NCBI GenBank assembly: GCA_023334545.1
Contig: JAADVB010000140.1
Span: forward strand, 1 to 48,757
Length of the DNA stretch: 48,757 nucleotides
Origin: Salisapilia sapeloensis CBS 127946
Lineage: Eukaryota; Protista; Oomycota
Direction: 5' to 3'
The first letter of the stretch is position 1. Every line of letters starts with the position of its first letter. The translations under genes and the position numbers were made by a program. Below, one piece after another: positions 38,266 through 48,609 of the stretch. Below the pieces are notes generated by a model, which was not told the DNA's origin, ran no database searches, and worked only from the letters and a program-made list of their open reading frames with translations.

Positions 38266-40773
38266 TTACTTGCTTCCGTCCAAGCGAAGGACAAACTTAT
38301 CGTCCTCGGCGCCGTTGCACGTATTCGAGCTATGTTCCGGGTTTCCGCAATAGGCACAAGGTTCATGCGAATACAACTGGTGATGGTGCAGCACCAGCCT
38401 CCGCCCGTCCATATCGATCCTCGACTTGGCCTTGATCTCCTTTGGACACTTAGCGATGCCAGGTCCACGCAGCTCCACGTGCCATCCCTGACCATTACGC
38501 AAGACCTTCCCGACGCTCCACCTCTTGCTCACCTTGGTCAACATATTGTTGATCTCTCGCTTCCCGAGGTTCGGTCGCTTGCTGTCGGCCTGGTAGCACG
38601 TCAGCCAGTACGTCTCCCGCTTGTTTCTCTTCTTGGTTTCCAAAGGAGCACAGACGCTGTCTGCAAAGCTCTCCAGCTTGTCCAGCAGCCCATCCGCTCT
38701 CTTCAGCTCCGTCAGGATCTGCTGCTGCGTCTGGAACTGGAGCGTGCAGCCAAGGTCGCGCTTCCACTCCAACGGGTCTTGAACGCTCAGGCGCCACTGC
38801 TTCGGATTCGCCCACACCTCCTGCTTCTCTCGGACGTCAAACGGATGTCGGATAGAGATAACATGTTTGGAAAAGTCAAAGACAGAAGCGTAGAATCGGA
38901 AGAAGAGGCGAAGTAGTTCTGCAACGGACAAAGTGCATGGCGGTAGCTGGACCATGCGTCTGGCAGTCTCGACATCACAGAAGGCAATGTTGGCACCGTC
39001 AACGTTGATCTCCTTGACGTCCGCCTGGGACAAGAGGAGCGGGTCCTGCAGGTCAGGTAGGATGCGTGCCTGAGTCTGCAAAAAGTAGATGACGAGGATC
39101 GTGTACGTGTACGAGCTAAAGAAGCCCTGGCTAGCATCACTCACGCCTCGACTTTTGGCCCACTTCTTGACGGCTAATCCTAGGATACGACAGCGTTCGT
39201 CGAAACTCGCATAGCTACGTAGCAGAATCGTATTCTGTTTCGCCAAGATATTGTCCAGTCCAACATCTACTTCCACACCTGTCGACGGGTGTTCGCACTT
39301 GATGATCGGGACACGAGCACTCGCCAGCACCATCGTAATCTTCCATCGCTGTCGAGCCAGAGCGTTCTTCACCTGCATCATGGCATCGCTCTTACGCTTC
39401 GCCATCGCCACTTGACGCTCTGCCTCCTTCTTTGCATCCGAGTGACCTTCTGCATCACATACGGACAACTGGTAGGAGATGGCATTCTGAAGCAGTTCCA
39501 ACTGGTACCAGAAGAATCGCATGGTGTCATCCACCTCCTTATCTTCTTTCGCTTGTACCTTCTCCATCGTCTTCGATACGAGCATACGTAGTTCGCTCAG
39601 GAAGAGCGGATCCGAGTTGTCCGTCGTCTTCGCTAGATGTTTCGTAGCTGTCGTGTCCAATGGATCGCGAGGCGTTAGATTCACACTGAGATCCACGTCC
39701 GAGTGCTTCGAGCCAAAGTGAGAAAGGGAGCTGCCGAATGCTGCCACCTGGGCGCCACGCCACTCTGCCTTGTGGGATCGGAGCAGTGCTTGGAGGTCTG
39801 CAGCAACGTCATGACGTCGCCTCTCTTCCTGTGCGTCGATGCGAATGGCCATGTAGTTCTCCATGATCTCCAACTCCCACTTGGCATTCACTTCCACTGG
39901 CGTCGGCAGTTCGTACGAATGAGGACTGGCGTACTCGTCGACAAACTCTAGGAAGGCTTTCACTTGGGTGACGCAAGCATTGATCGACGCTTTCCCAGGC
40001 TTCTTCTTCCTCTTTGCATCGTCACTCGTAGGCTCCGCGGATTTCGTCGCACGACCAAGGCCAGGGAAGACACTCTCTAGCAACTTGTGTTGCTCCTCGA
40101 CGTCCTCCACACCTTCCGATTCGTCATTCTCCAGCACTCGAATCCACTTGAGCAGATCCTCTCGGTCCATCACCGTCGCCTTGCTCAGCAACAAGTCAGT
40201 CGTGAGCTCCAACACTTCGCTCCAGATCATACGTTCCAGCTTCCCTGCCGTCTCGAGCTCCTTATCCTTTTCATGACAGACACGCCACGCCTTCACCACT
40301 CGACTCGCTTCATTCACAATGCTTCCAGCAGTCTTCAGATTCTCCGACTCGGTCGTGTCAACGCTGCCTTCGGGCTTTAGCTCTGCCTTGAGCACACTTT
40401 CAAAGTTGTAGAGCACACGGATACGACGCAGCGTTTCTTCGTCAGACAATGCGTGTGGATCACCGAGACCTTGGGCTCTAGTCACCACAAACTTGCAGAA
40501 AGCAATATCTCCACCAGAAGCCTTGTACCACAGTGTCTGGGTAAAGTCAGAAGGGGGCTCTGGTAGGCTAACGCTTTTAGCACTCTGGGCAAGTTTTGCT
40601 TGGGATGGGTCCTCCGCCGGAGTCTCCTTCTGCTCTTGAGCTTGCTGAGCTGTCGGCTCCCCAGTAGGCTCTCCCGCATTCTCCTTGTCTTTAGACTGGT
40701 TTCGACGAGGACGCCGGTTACGCGGACGGCGCTTGCGCTGAGGCGCAGCGGCCTGCTCACCTTCAGCCGGCAT
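38266..40773 (-). CDS. Cid1/TUT-family terminal nucleotidyltransferase (TUTase-like) with PAP-associated domain and C-terminal CCHC zinc knuckle
   Basis: AFGSSLSHFGSKHSDVDL (GS..DxD), SARVPIIK..EVDVGLDN, VKKWAKSRGVSDASQGFFSSYTY, LSVQDPLEWKRDLG and CAYCGNPEHSSNTC. Confidence 0.9.
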   Translation of the reverse strand: MPAEGEQAAAPQRKRRPRNRRPRRNQSKDKENAGEPTGEPTAQQAQEQKETPAEDPSQAKLAQSAKSVSLPEPPSDFTQTLWYKASGGDIAFCKFVVTRAQGLGDPHALSDEETLRRIRVLYNFESVLKAELKPEGSVDTTESENLKTAGSIVNEASRVVKAWRVCHEKDKELETAGKLERMIWSEVLELTTDLLLSKATVMDREDLLKWIRVLENDESEGVEDVEEQHKLLESVFPGLGRATKSAEPTSDDAKRKKKPGKASINACVTQVKAFLEFVDEYASPHSYELPTPVEVNAKWELEIMENYMAIRIDAQEERRRHDVAADLQALLRSHKAEWRGAQVAAFGSSLSHFGSKHSDVDLSVNLTPRDPLDTTATKHLAKTTDNSDPLFLSELRMLVSKTMEKVQAKEDKEVDDTMRFFWYQLELLQNAISYQLSVCDAEGHSDAKKEAERQVAMAKRKSDAMMQVKNALARQRWKITMVLASARVPIIKCEHPSTGVEVDVGLDNILAKQNTILLRSYASFDERCRILGLAVKKWAKSRGVSDASQGFFSSYTYTILVIYFLQTQARILPDLQDPLLLSQADVKEINVDGANIAFCDVETARRMVQLPPCTLSVAELLRLFFRFYASVFDFSKHVISIRHPFDVREKQEVWANPKQWRLSVQDPLEWKRDLGCTLQFQTQQQILTELKRADGLLDKLESFADSVCAPLETKKRNKRETYWLTCYQADSKRPNLGKREINNMLTKVSKRWSVGKVLRNGQGWHVELRGPGIAKCPKEIKAKSRIDMDGRRLVLHHHQLYSHEPCAYCGNPEHSSNTCNGAEDDKFVLRLDGSK

Positions 40774-41106
40774 GCTCCAGTACGATAATGATGCGAGTAC
40801 TCACCGATCCTAAATTTGTATTGCACACCCTTGTCCTACTTGGTTATTGCGCATAAACAGTATTTCTAAATAATAAAGAGATCAATTTAGTATTTACGGC
40901 TGTGTACATAGCGTGTATGATGCAGTATTATTGGACAAAAAGCTGCAATTTCTACGAGTGGACGAGCTTCCCGCCGATACATCGTCCTACAATATCTGCA
41001 ATCGTGCAATACTTCCACTATGTATAAAGACGTATAATTTAATGATCTACATTTGAATGCCGAATGATGCATCATTCCGGGATACGCCACGCGCACCACA
41101 AGTTCA

Positions 41107-42531
41107 ATGGCGACGTCCGGACACGCGGAGGCGAATGCCCAGCCGACGTACTCCTTCCCTCTGCTCATGCCTCGTGACATCTTTGACACTTTGCGCGAGT
41201 GGGGGTGTCCGGTCAGTGAGACGGACATTCGCCAGTGTAACGCCGAGTCCATACAAGCACTGTACGACTACTTTTTACGGACCACAGCGCCTCATCTGCG
41301 CAAGCGTGTACACAAGAAGCCTACGCCTGGGATGCTTGCCTCCGTTAGCTTTCCGGAAGGTCACATGACAGCCTTTACCTTCCGTGGTCCTCAGATCGCC
41401 ACGGGAACCCTCCTCCGGTTGTGCGGAGTGCACGATTATACGTGGGATGACTTTTTCGAACCTCAACCGAGACGTCTACGTCGTATCTTAAGTGCCTTGA
41501 TCAACTTTGCGCGATTTAAAATGGAGCGTGAAGAAGCTTTTTACGAATATCTCGCCGGAATAGATGAAGTGGACGCCAAAATTGCTGAAGCCAAGAAGCG
41601 TGTAAAGGCTAAACGCCAGGAAAGGAATGCTTTGATGAAGAAACGGGAGGAAGCTCGACCGCTCGAGGATGAAGTTTCTCAGCAGGTTGCCGAGCTAGAG
41701 ACGGAGATCAATCATCTAAACCACCGTCAGGCTGAATTGCGGCATGAAATCACCGAGCTCCAGCACGCGAGTCGACGCAAGCGTGACGAGGTCAGCTCCA
41801 AGAACTATGCGGTGGTGGAAGCTGATCAAGAGATTGAACGTCTACTCCAACAAATTGTCAACTCCCCTGAGCGTTTCCGCAAGTCGCATGCCGATGCCGA
41901 ACAACGTCTGGGTGAGCAACAGTCCAAGGTCAGTCAAGCGGAAGAACGCCTGTACGCCATGCGCGATGAAGTTGAGGTGTATGAACGAGCATCTGCTGAA
42001 TGGGACAAGACGCTGGCTGTTCTGCAGGACGCAGCAGAAAGCGTCAAGCGCTGTCGCACGGCCAAAGCAGAGGTTACTCGAGTGCGCGAGAAGGCTGCTG
42101 AAAACCATCGCATCCTGGAACTCGTAACTGCGGATACGAAACGCCTCGAGTACCAGAATGAGCGCATGCGAGAGATGATTGAGCGTAATCAGCGAGAGTT
42201 AAAGGAGCGCGTGGAGAACATGAATGCAAAGCTGAACATGCTTCGCGATCGCGCTCGGGAGATGGAGAAGGCACGCGAGGGTGTTCGTCAAGAGATTACA
42301 CGTATCGAAATGCAGATTAAAGAGAAAGATCACGTTTCCCAGATGGAGGCACTTCAGTTCCACTCGGACTGTGAAGAGGCAAAGCAGGTATGTCTTGCCT
42401 CTTGTACCCTGTTCATCTTGATAATAACTAATGGATGATGCCTGTAGATTCTGGAGCACGTAAAGCTGTCCATGGAGAGACTGCGTAGTCAATACATGTC
42501 GGAAACGGAGAAGGAGATTGACCTGGAGTAA
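41107..42531 (+). CDS. NUF2: Kinetochore protein Nuf2; join(41107..42387,42448..42531)
   Basis: YSFPLLMPRDI..., DYTWDDFFEPQPRRLRRILSALINFARF, then a long coiled coil with IVNSPERF. Intron 42388-42447 (gtatgt...ctgtag). Confidence 0.9.
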
Positions 42532-42714
42532 GCGACAATGGCATCGTCAACTCCCTTTCCTCAACTTATAAGACGAAGCCGCAGTGATGGTATACTCGTA
42601 ACACGCTTGCAATTAAACCGTGTTCTTCGTCTTTATTTTAGGACCGACTCCATCCATGGATCCGTTTCACTCTCATCGCCCATCACCACAGCGTCCCTCC
42701 GTCAGGCACCACCT

Positions 42715-45700
42715 ATGGCGTCTAGTGGTCCTGCTCCAGAAGGAGATGATGGTAATTGCTATGAGCTCTCAGCTCTTACGCGGCCTACAGCTGACTGGGA
42801 GATCTCTCGTGATCACGTGTACTTTGGCACAAACGTTGGCTTTGACACGAAACTTAACTCGCTTCAGCTCATCGAACGCCCTTCTGACGGGCGCCACGGC
42901 GGCGTCCTCTTGCTCGTCAGTGGAAACACTGTCCAATTGCTGACGTTGATCGATTTCACGTCGCCGCCGGAACCTCCTCAACGAACAGTTTACAACTCTT
43001 CCATCACCTACTACCTCCATCCGCATGTGCATTCCCGTCGTCCAGTCTTTGGTCTCAGTGGCTCTGGCATCGGCGCAGTCTGCGTGCATCCTAGCGGTGC
43101 GTTCTTTGCCGTTGGAGAAAAAGGAGCCAAGCCGCATATACTCGTGTACAAGTACCCTTCCTTGTCTCCTTTTAAGATCTTGAGGAGAGGGACAGAACAA
43201 GCGTTTAGCTGTCTGTCATTTAGTCACGACGGAGAGCTGCTGGCATCTGTCGGTAGTGCGCCGGACTACCTCTTGACGATATGGGACTGGCAGTCCGAAA
43301 CGACCGTCCTTCGGTGCAAAGCCTTTGGACAGGACGTCGCTGGTGTCGCCTTCTCTTCCAACGACAAGGGGTTTCTCGCCACGAGTGGCGTCGCTCACAT
43401 CCGCGTGTGGAAGATGGCAGCGACATTTACAGGTTTAAAGCTCCAGGGCGAGATTGGTAAGTTTGGCAAGACCGAGCTGTCAGACGTTGCTGCGTTCTGC
43501 ATCCTGCCGGATAAAAAGGTGCTGAGTGGTAGCGACCGAGGAGCTCTCTTGTTATGGGAAGGTCCGACGATCAAGTGTGAGCTACGTATATCCGAAGAAG
43601 AGTTGCCACACACAGGAGAAATCACAGTCGTGCAGTTGCAAGTGTCGACTAGACGGATTCTAACTGCCGGAGTCGATGGCAAGATGAAATTTTGGTCTCT
43701 AGATGAAGTAGACGGTGCCGATCTGCCGCCTGATGGGCACTTTGCTCTTGTATCGTGTCAAGAACAAGTGGATGTAGGGCATGCGATCCAGTGTGTTGCC
43801 CGTATCGAAGGGGATACGTACATGGTGCAAGGTCTAAACGGCGGCCTTGATCGTATCGTCTGTGGAGAGCAACTGATCGTAGAGAAAGATTACATTCCGA
43901 ACGACAGCGGCGTCATGACAGCCGTCGTATGCAGTCCATACGAGCACCTCGCAGCCTCCTGCGGACAGGATGGAGCAGTCCGAGCATGGGACTACACCAT
44001 CCAACGCTGTGTGTTCCTAGAAACATTTTCCTCTCCTGCGTCTTGCATCACGTGGGTTCCGACTGCTAGCTCCTTTCGCAACGTTGACTTGGGGGCTAGT
44101 CGACAAGTGGCCGTGGGTTTCAACGACGGCGTAGTCCGTGTCCTTCTACTCGACATGCCACGACGACGCATCGTGCGGACGAACGTCCTAAAGCCTCATA
44201 AAGACCGCGTCAATCGTCTTTGCTTCTCTTTGAGTGGCAAGTTTCTAGCCACCGCCAGTTCCGATCACTCATTCTTCCTCTTCAAGACGCAACCGAGTGC
44301 CCAGTCGACTCCGTCAACTCCGTATCCACCAGAATACCTTCCCTTGGGTTTCGTTCACCTCTCTTCCGCTGCCATGGATGTCAGCTGGAGACCTGACGAT
44401 GAGGCTCTACTTGCTACTCTAGAAGACGGAAGTCTGGTCGAGTACGATCTTCCGGAAGCAACGCTAAACGAACTAGTGGAGCAGGCAGAGGCAGAGACCC
44501 GAGGCGCAATACCACGAGCTTCTTTGGAAATCCGCTTGGACTCGAGGTGTCTTGGGGCCTTGGAGAGTGTGCGTCCGATGACGACACCGGAGCTCGATGC
44601 TCTCGTGAAAGACAATGAAGGTCTGGGTGCACTCTCACCGGACGCCGAAGAAGCAGTGAAGAAACGATTTACATTAGAATCAAATGCAAAAGTTAAAGTA
44701 CGTGCTGCTGCGTACGTGTCTAACAAGAGTTTCTTACTAGGCACCTCATCTCCCTTCCAAAGTAAACTTCTCCATGCTTCGTTTGACGGATCGGAGGTCT
44801 TGCACAGGTATCCGAGCGATGCTCTTGCGTCTATCGAAAGTATCTGCACATCGTACTCGACCAACTTTCTCCTCGTTGGTCTTTCCAACGGCAAAATCCA
44901 CATACGGAGCACGAAGCTACCGCATGCGTTCCTCAGTGCCGAATTCCACGACGCCACTCCGGACGGGATACTAGGCACATCCGATCGTGTTCGAGCGCAA
45001 AGACTTCGTGCATGCATGTCGTTCGACGACACTTACCTTTTGTCGTGTGGTGTTGATGGAAACCTCTGCGTCCTCCGTCTTGAACCAGACAAGATCGAAA
45101 GAGCAGCTAGACGACTGCACGAGAGCCACCACGTCCTACTCAAAGAAGCGGACATTGTAGCAGATCAAGCCCAGGACAAGCAGCAGACCGTGCTAGACCA
45201 GATCAAGAAGAAGAAAGAATCGGAAGAGAGCGAGGTGACGTACAGTAGTAACGACATCCCAGACCTCACATCCATGCCAGTCTTCCATCGAGCCAAGGCC
45301 TACAACTCGTATATCCAATCCAAGCTCATTCCATCTGTCGACTCCGAAGATGAAGAGCGAATGCCTGGAGTCGGGAAGGATGAAGAGATGTTCAAAGGCG
45401 TTACTCGTCTACTTAACCATCCGAGTACCAATCTCTCTCCTGAAGCCCCACCTGCCGATGGGAACGCCGTCCATTTGAGAGAAGCAATGGACTTGAAAGA
45501 CGCTTCAAAAGCGTACACGATCGAAGAGAGTCGTCAGAAGACGGATGCAGACGCTCGAGCGGAAGCCGTAAAGAATAATCAGGAGCAGACGAAGGAAGCG
45601 ATGAAGTCTTTACGTGCCAAGTTTCAGGAGATTGTCGAACGTGACAGACAGCTGCCGGAAGAGAGTCGTGTGTCGAGTGACGAGTGGCTGCTGGATGTCG

Positions 45701-48417
45701 AGTACAAGGAGCTGTTGGAACGACAGGGAGAGGCTGCGATTGAAGAAGTGAAGAAAGAGTTTGCGTATGATCAGGAGAAGAGTGATAAACTCTTGAGCAA
45801 GATGACAGAAGAGTTTTTAGATCCGGTTGCAGTGGAGCTCATCAATGTACACAGCCTCAGCAGCGACGTTTGTGTCCAGACATTCAGGACAATGCAGATG
45901 CATCCGAATCTGCATCGACGTCTAACAGAGCTCAAATTCCAAGGCACCAACGACACAGACACGAAAGAGTACTCGACTCCTCCGTCCGTATTACACATCC
46001 TCGCGCATGAAGAGATTCCGTTGCCTCCTTCCTTTCCTCTGCAAGAGTCCGAGAGGAGACTATTGACGGCAGCTAGGTGTGCTTCAGCCCACTCTCCAAC
46101 CCGTTTGAAAGGGAACCAGCGAGAAAAAGAAAGTGTCCATGGGTTTGAAGCGAGGAAACAGAAGCGACTGGAGCGCAAGAGTCGATTAGCTCAGTGGGTG
46201 GATCAAAAGCCTCGAGAGGACGCAGATGATGCGAGAGACGTCGTTGCGACGGCCTTTGCCGCGAGGAACGTGGGTGACTACAAGTTGAAAACGGCGTCTG
46301 ATTACGTTGTTCCTGGGCACCAACGCGTGAACGCAGCCAAGAAGAGGAAACAACTAGCATTTCTGGAAGAAGCACTTCACAATGCTCGTCTGCAGTTCAA
46401 CGCACAGGTACTGAAGCTTCGGGATGTGAAGATTCCGCTTGTATACGCTTTGAAGAGAGATCAAGAACGCATGGGCCTCCTACGTCAGGCGCTAGGAGTG
46501 CAAGGAAAAATGGTCGAGTATACGATTGCCAAAGACGAATGGCCAGAGCAGAGGGAAGACGTGACGGTAGAGGACATTGATCAGTATACCCGCACGCAAC
46601 AGGTATCTCTCCCTCGAGACAAGTTGCAGGCAGTAGAGCAAGAAGGTGTAGCTGCGTACATTGCGAGATGGAAGAAAGAGTTGGTTGTATCGGAGGAGGA
46701 CGACGATGAGCATGTATATGAGGTTCTGATGGAAGTACTGCAAGATGCTCTATGCACCAAGAACCCATACATGTCCGACCCAGTGCAGCTAGCATGTGAA
46801 GCAGATCCTTCTCTACTAGTCCTTCGCCATCTTTCGTTGAAAGCAGCCTCCGATCCGCTTAAGAACAGCGTACAGGACGACTCTCCAGAGGCTGCAATCA
46901 CCACCTATCGCCTCGAACAAGAGCTACGAGAGCTCGAATCCCGCATTGGACATCGAATCCGTCTCTATGATGCTGCCGTTCAGTCTTTGCGGAAGACACG
47001 AGGTGCTCTGGATATTTCACTCAAGCAGACAGAGCTGCAGCTGCTTACTCTCCGAAGCGAACTGACGCTACTAGAGGAACTGGAGTATCAGGAGGACGCA
47101 CTTACGAGTAAACTGGAGAAGGCGCAGAATGATAAAGACACTATTCTATTCGACTTGGAGACTGTCCAAGAGGCCATGGACGGGAAGAAGAGTGAGTTGG
47201 AGACGTGGCAGACGCAAGAGAAGTCGGTCCAGGCTGAGTTCATAGGCTTAGTGAGCGTGAACAATGGCAGTACCACCAGTAGCATGGCGAATATGATGCA
47301 TCCAGCCTATACAGCGTTGCAAAAGATTTTCAAGAAGCGACTGAAGCGAGTGAAGAAGAAAGTGAATGAGGAAGAGGAGGAAGAAGATGAGGAAGAGGAG
47401 GAGGAAGATGGAGAAGAGGAGAGTGATGAGGACGACTCGGACGAAGACGAGAGTGATGAGGAGGGGGAAGAGGATATCTGTCCGCCTGGATGCGACCCTG
47501 TTCTCTACGATCAAGTGCTTGCTCTGCGTGAGAAGCGGCAGGACGCGGACGACATGATTCTAGAGCTGACCAAGGCGTTGGACGAGCACAAGAAGAGTGG
47601 AGAGCGGTTGACGACGAAACTGCGGCAGATCGACAAGGAACTCCAAGCCACAGAAGTGGACATCCAGCGCTTCCAGAGCGAAAAGCAGCGCCGGTTTAAT
47701 GAACTTCAGGTCGTCCGAGCTCTGTCTTGCCACCAACTTCGGTCGCTCCAGTACTTGGACGGATGGACGCTTCCTGATGACGCGAGTGACTGTCTCCTAT
47801 TTTCTCTCTCGACATTCGAAAGACTGGCTTCGAGAGTCAAGTCGCTGAAGAGTGAGAACCAGTCGCTACGACAACAGTTCCGAGATCTTCATAGACAACA
47901 ACGTTCCTTGTCTAAAGAGAAGCAAGCGCAGCAGCAGGAAGTTGCTCGGATGGAGGAAAAGAGTAATCAGCTGCAACGGTTGAAATTCGGACGATTGGTG
48001 GATCTGTCAGTACTGGATGCTGGGAGTGAGATGACGAGCGTGGAGGACCTGCGGAAGAAAGTGAATACGAAGGAATCGGCTGCGTCGAAAGAGGTAAATC
48101 AGAGGCATGGGGAGCAACTGGACGTGAAGAAGAGCTTGCTGGATGCGACGGAGAGAAACACACAGCTGCTCAATCGAGTGGCAGAGCTGAGTGAGCGGAA
48201 GATGGCATTGGAGAGGATGCTGGATCACGCGCAGAGTCAGACGCAAGAGTCCACAGGCGACGAGAACGAAGAGAGCAAGAAAGAAGTCGAGGTCAAGGAG
48301 CGTAGGAAACTTGTTAAACTAGTGAAACTACAGGCAAGAGAGGTGGAAGCACTTCGACAGGAGATCGGGCTACTCAAAGGCAAGGACGGGAAGGTATATT
48401 TCTTACAGCAAAAGTAG
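42715..48417 (+). CDS. CFAP44: Cilia- and flagella-associated protein 44 (WDR52)
   Basis: WD40 block GIGAVCVHP..AVGEKG..PHILVYKYP..LRRGTE..LASVGSAPDYLLTIWDW..KAFGQDV..WKMAATFTGLKLQGEIGKFGKTELSD; then NVGDYKLKTASDYVVP, a poly-E/D tract, CPPGCDPVLYDQV and coiled coils. Start is ATG 42715 (preferred) or 42538. Confidence 0.92.
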   Translation: MASSGPAPEGDDGNCYELSALTRPTADWEISRDHVYFGTNVGFDTKLNSLQLIERPSDGRHGGVLLLVSGNTVQLLTLIDFTSPPEPPQRTVYNSSITYYLHPHVHSRRPVFGLSGSGIGAVCVHPSGAFFAVGEKGAKPHILVYKYPSLSPFKILRRGTEQAFSCLSFSHDGELLASVGSAPDYLLTIWDWQSETTVLRCKAFGQDVAGVAFSSNDKGFLATSGVAHIRVWKMAATFTGLKLQGEIGKFGKTELSDVAAFCILPDKKVLSGSDRGALLLWEGPTIKCELRISEEELPHTGEITVVQLQVSTRRILTAGVDGKMKFWSLDEVDGADLPPDGHFALVSCQEQVDVGHAIQCVARIEGDTYMVQGLNGGLDRIVCGEQLIVEKDYIPNDSGVMTAVVCSPYEHLAASCGQDGAVRAWDYTIQRCVFLETFSSPASCITWVPTASSFRNVDLGASRQVAVGFNDGVVRVLLLDMPRRRIVRTNVLKPHKDRVNRLCFSLSGKFLATASSDHSFFLFKTQPSAQSTPSTPYPPEYLPLGFVHLSSAAMDVSWRPDDEALLATLEDGSLVEYDLPEATLNELVEQAEAETRGAIPRASLEIRLDSRCLGALESVRPMTTPELDALVKDNEGLGALSPDAEEAVKKRFTLESNAKVKVRAAAYVSNKSFLLGTSSPFQSKLLHASFDGSEVLHRYPSDALASIESICTSYSTNFLLVGLSNGKIHIRSTKLPHAFLSAEFHDATPDGILGTSDRVRAQRLRACMSFDDTYLLSCGVDGNLCVLRLEPDKIERAARRLHESHHVLLKEADIVADQAQDKQQTVLDQIKKKKESEESEVTYSSNDIPDLTSMPVFHRAKAYNSYIQSKLIPSVDSEDEERMPGVGKDEEMFKGVTRLLNHPSTNLSPEAPPADGNAVHLREAMDLKDASKAYTIEESRQKTDADARAEAVKNNQEQTKEAMKSLRAKFQEIVERDRQLPEESRVSSDEWLLDVEYKELLERQGEAAIEEVKKEFAYDQEKSDKLLSKMTEEFLDPVAVELINVHSLSSDVCVQTFRTMQMHPNLHRRLTELKFQGTNDTDTKEYSTPPSVLHILAHEEIPLPPSFPLQESERRLLTAARCASAHSPTRLKGNQREKESVHGFEARKQKRLERKSRLAQWVDQKPREDADDARDVVATAFAARNVGDYKLKTASDYVVPGHQRVNAAKKRKQLAFLEEALHNARLQFNAQVLKLRDVKIPLVYALKRDQERMGLLRQALGVQGKMVEYTIAKDEWPEQREDVTVEDIDQYTRTQQVSLPRDKLQAVEQEGVAAYIARWKKELVVSEEDDDEHVYEVLMEVLQDALCTKNPYMSDPVQLACEADPSLLVLRHLSLKAASDPLKNSVQDDSPEAAITTYRLEQELRELESRIGHRIRLYDAAVQSLRKTRGALDISLKQTELQLLTLRSELTLLEELEYQEDALTSKLEKAQNDKDTILFDLETVQEAMDGKKSELETWQTQEKSVQAEFIGLVSVNNGSTTSSMANMMHPAYTALQKIFKKRLKRVKKKVNEEEEEEDEEEEEEDGEEESDEDDSDEDESDEEGEEDICPPGCDPVLYDQVLALREKRQDADDMILELTKALDEHKKSGERLTTKLRQIDKELQATEVDIQRFQSEKQRRFNELQVVRALSCHQLRSLQYLDGWTLPDDASDCLLFSLSTFERLASRVKSLKSENQSLRQQFRDLHRQQRSLSKEKQAQQQEVARMEEKSNQLQRLKFGRLVDLSVLDAGSEMTSVEDLRKKVNTKESAASKEVNQRHGEQLDVKKSLLDATERNTQLLNRVAELSERKMALERMLDHAQSQTQESTGDENEESKKEVEVKERRKLVKLVKLQAREVEALRQEIGLLKGKDGKVYFLQQK
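47365..47474 (+). repeat. GAG/GAA/GAT-rich low-complexity tract encoding the poly-E/D stretch of CFAP44
   Basis: gaatgaggaagaggaggaagaagatgaggaagaggaggaggaagatggagaagaggag... encodes NEEEEEEDEEEEEEDGEEESDEDDSDEDESDEEGEED. Confidence 0.8.
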
Positions 48418-48609
48418 CCCAAGACACTGGAGAGAAAACGGTATTACTCCAACTTTCTATGCAGCCCAAGTGGCTCGATATACTTCAATCAAGAACACGA
48501 ACAAGCCTCCAGGCTAGTTCTTCTAATCGCATGAATGTGACACTTTCGAACCTTTGTCTTCAACGTCAATTAAAATCCACTTGCTGCCTACACTACCTCA
48601 ACATCGACC

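Noticed and set aside
42985-43045. Intron-like insert in the CFAP44 N-terminal region (gtttac...cgtccag)
   Set aside because: Its removal shifts the frame, while the unspliced frame is open and continuous.
934-48417. Apparent microtubule/cilia gene cluster (CLASP-like, dynein IC, Nuf2, CFAP44)
   Set aside because: The genes are spread over 47 kb among unrelated genes and act in different processes. No evidence beyond chance without synteny data.
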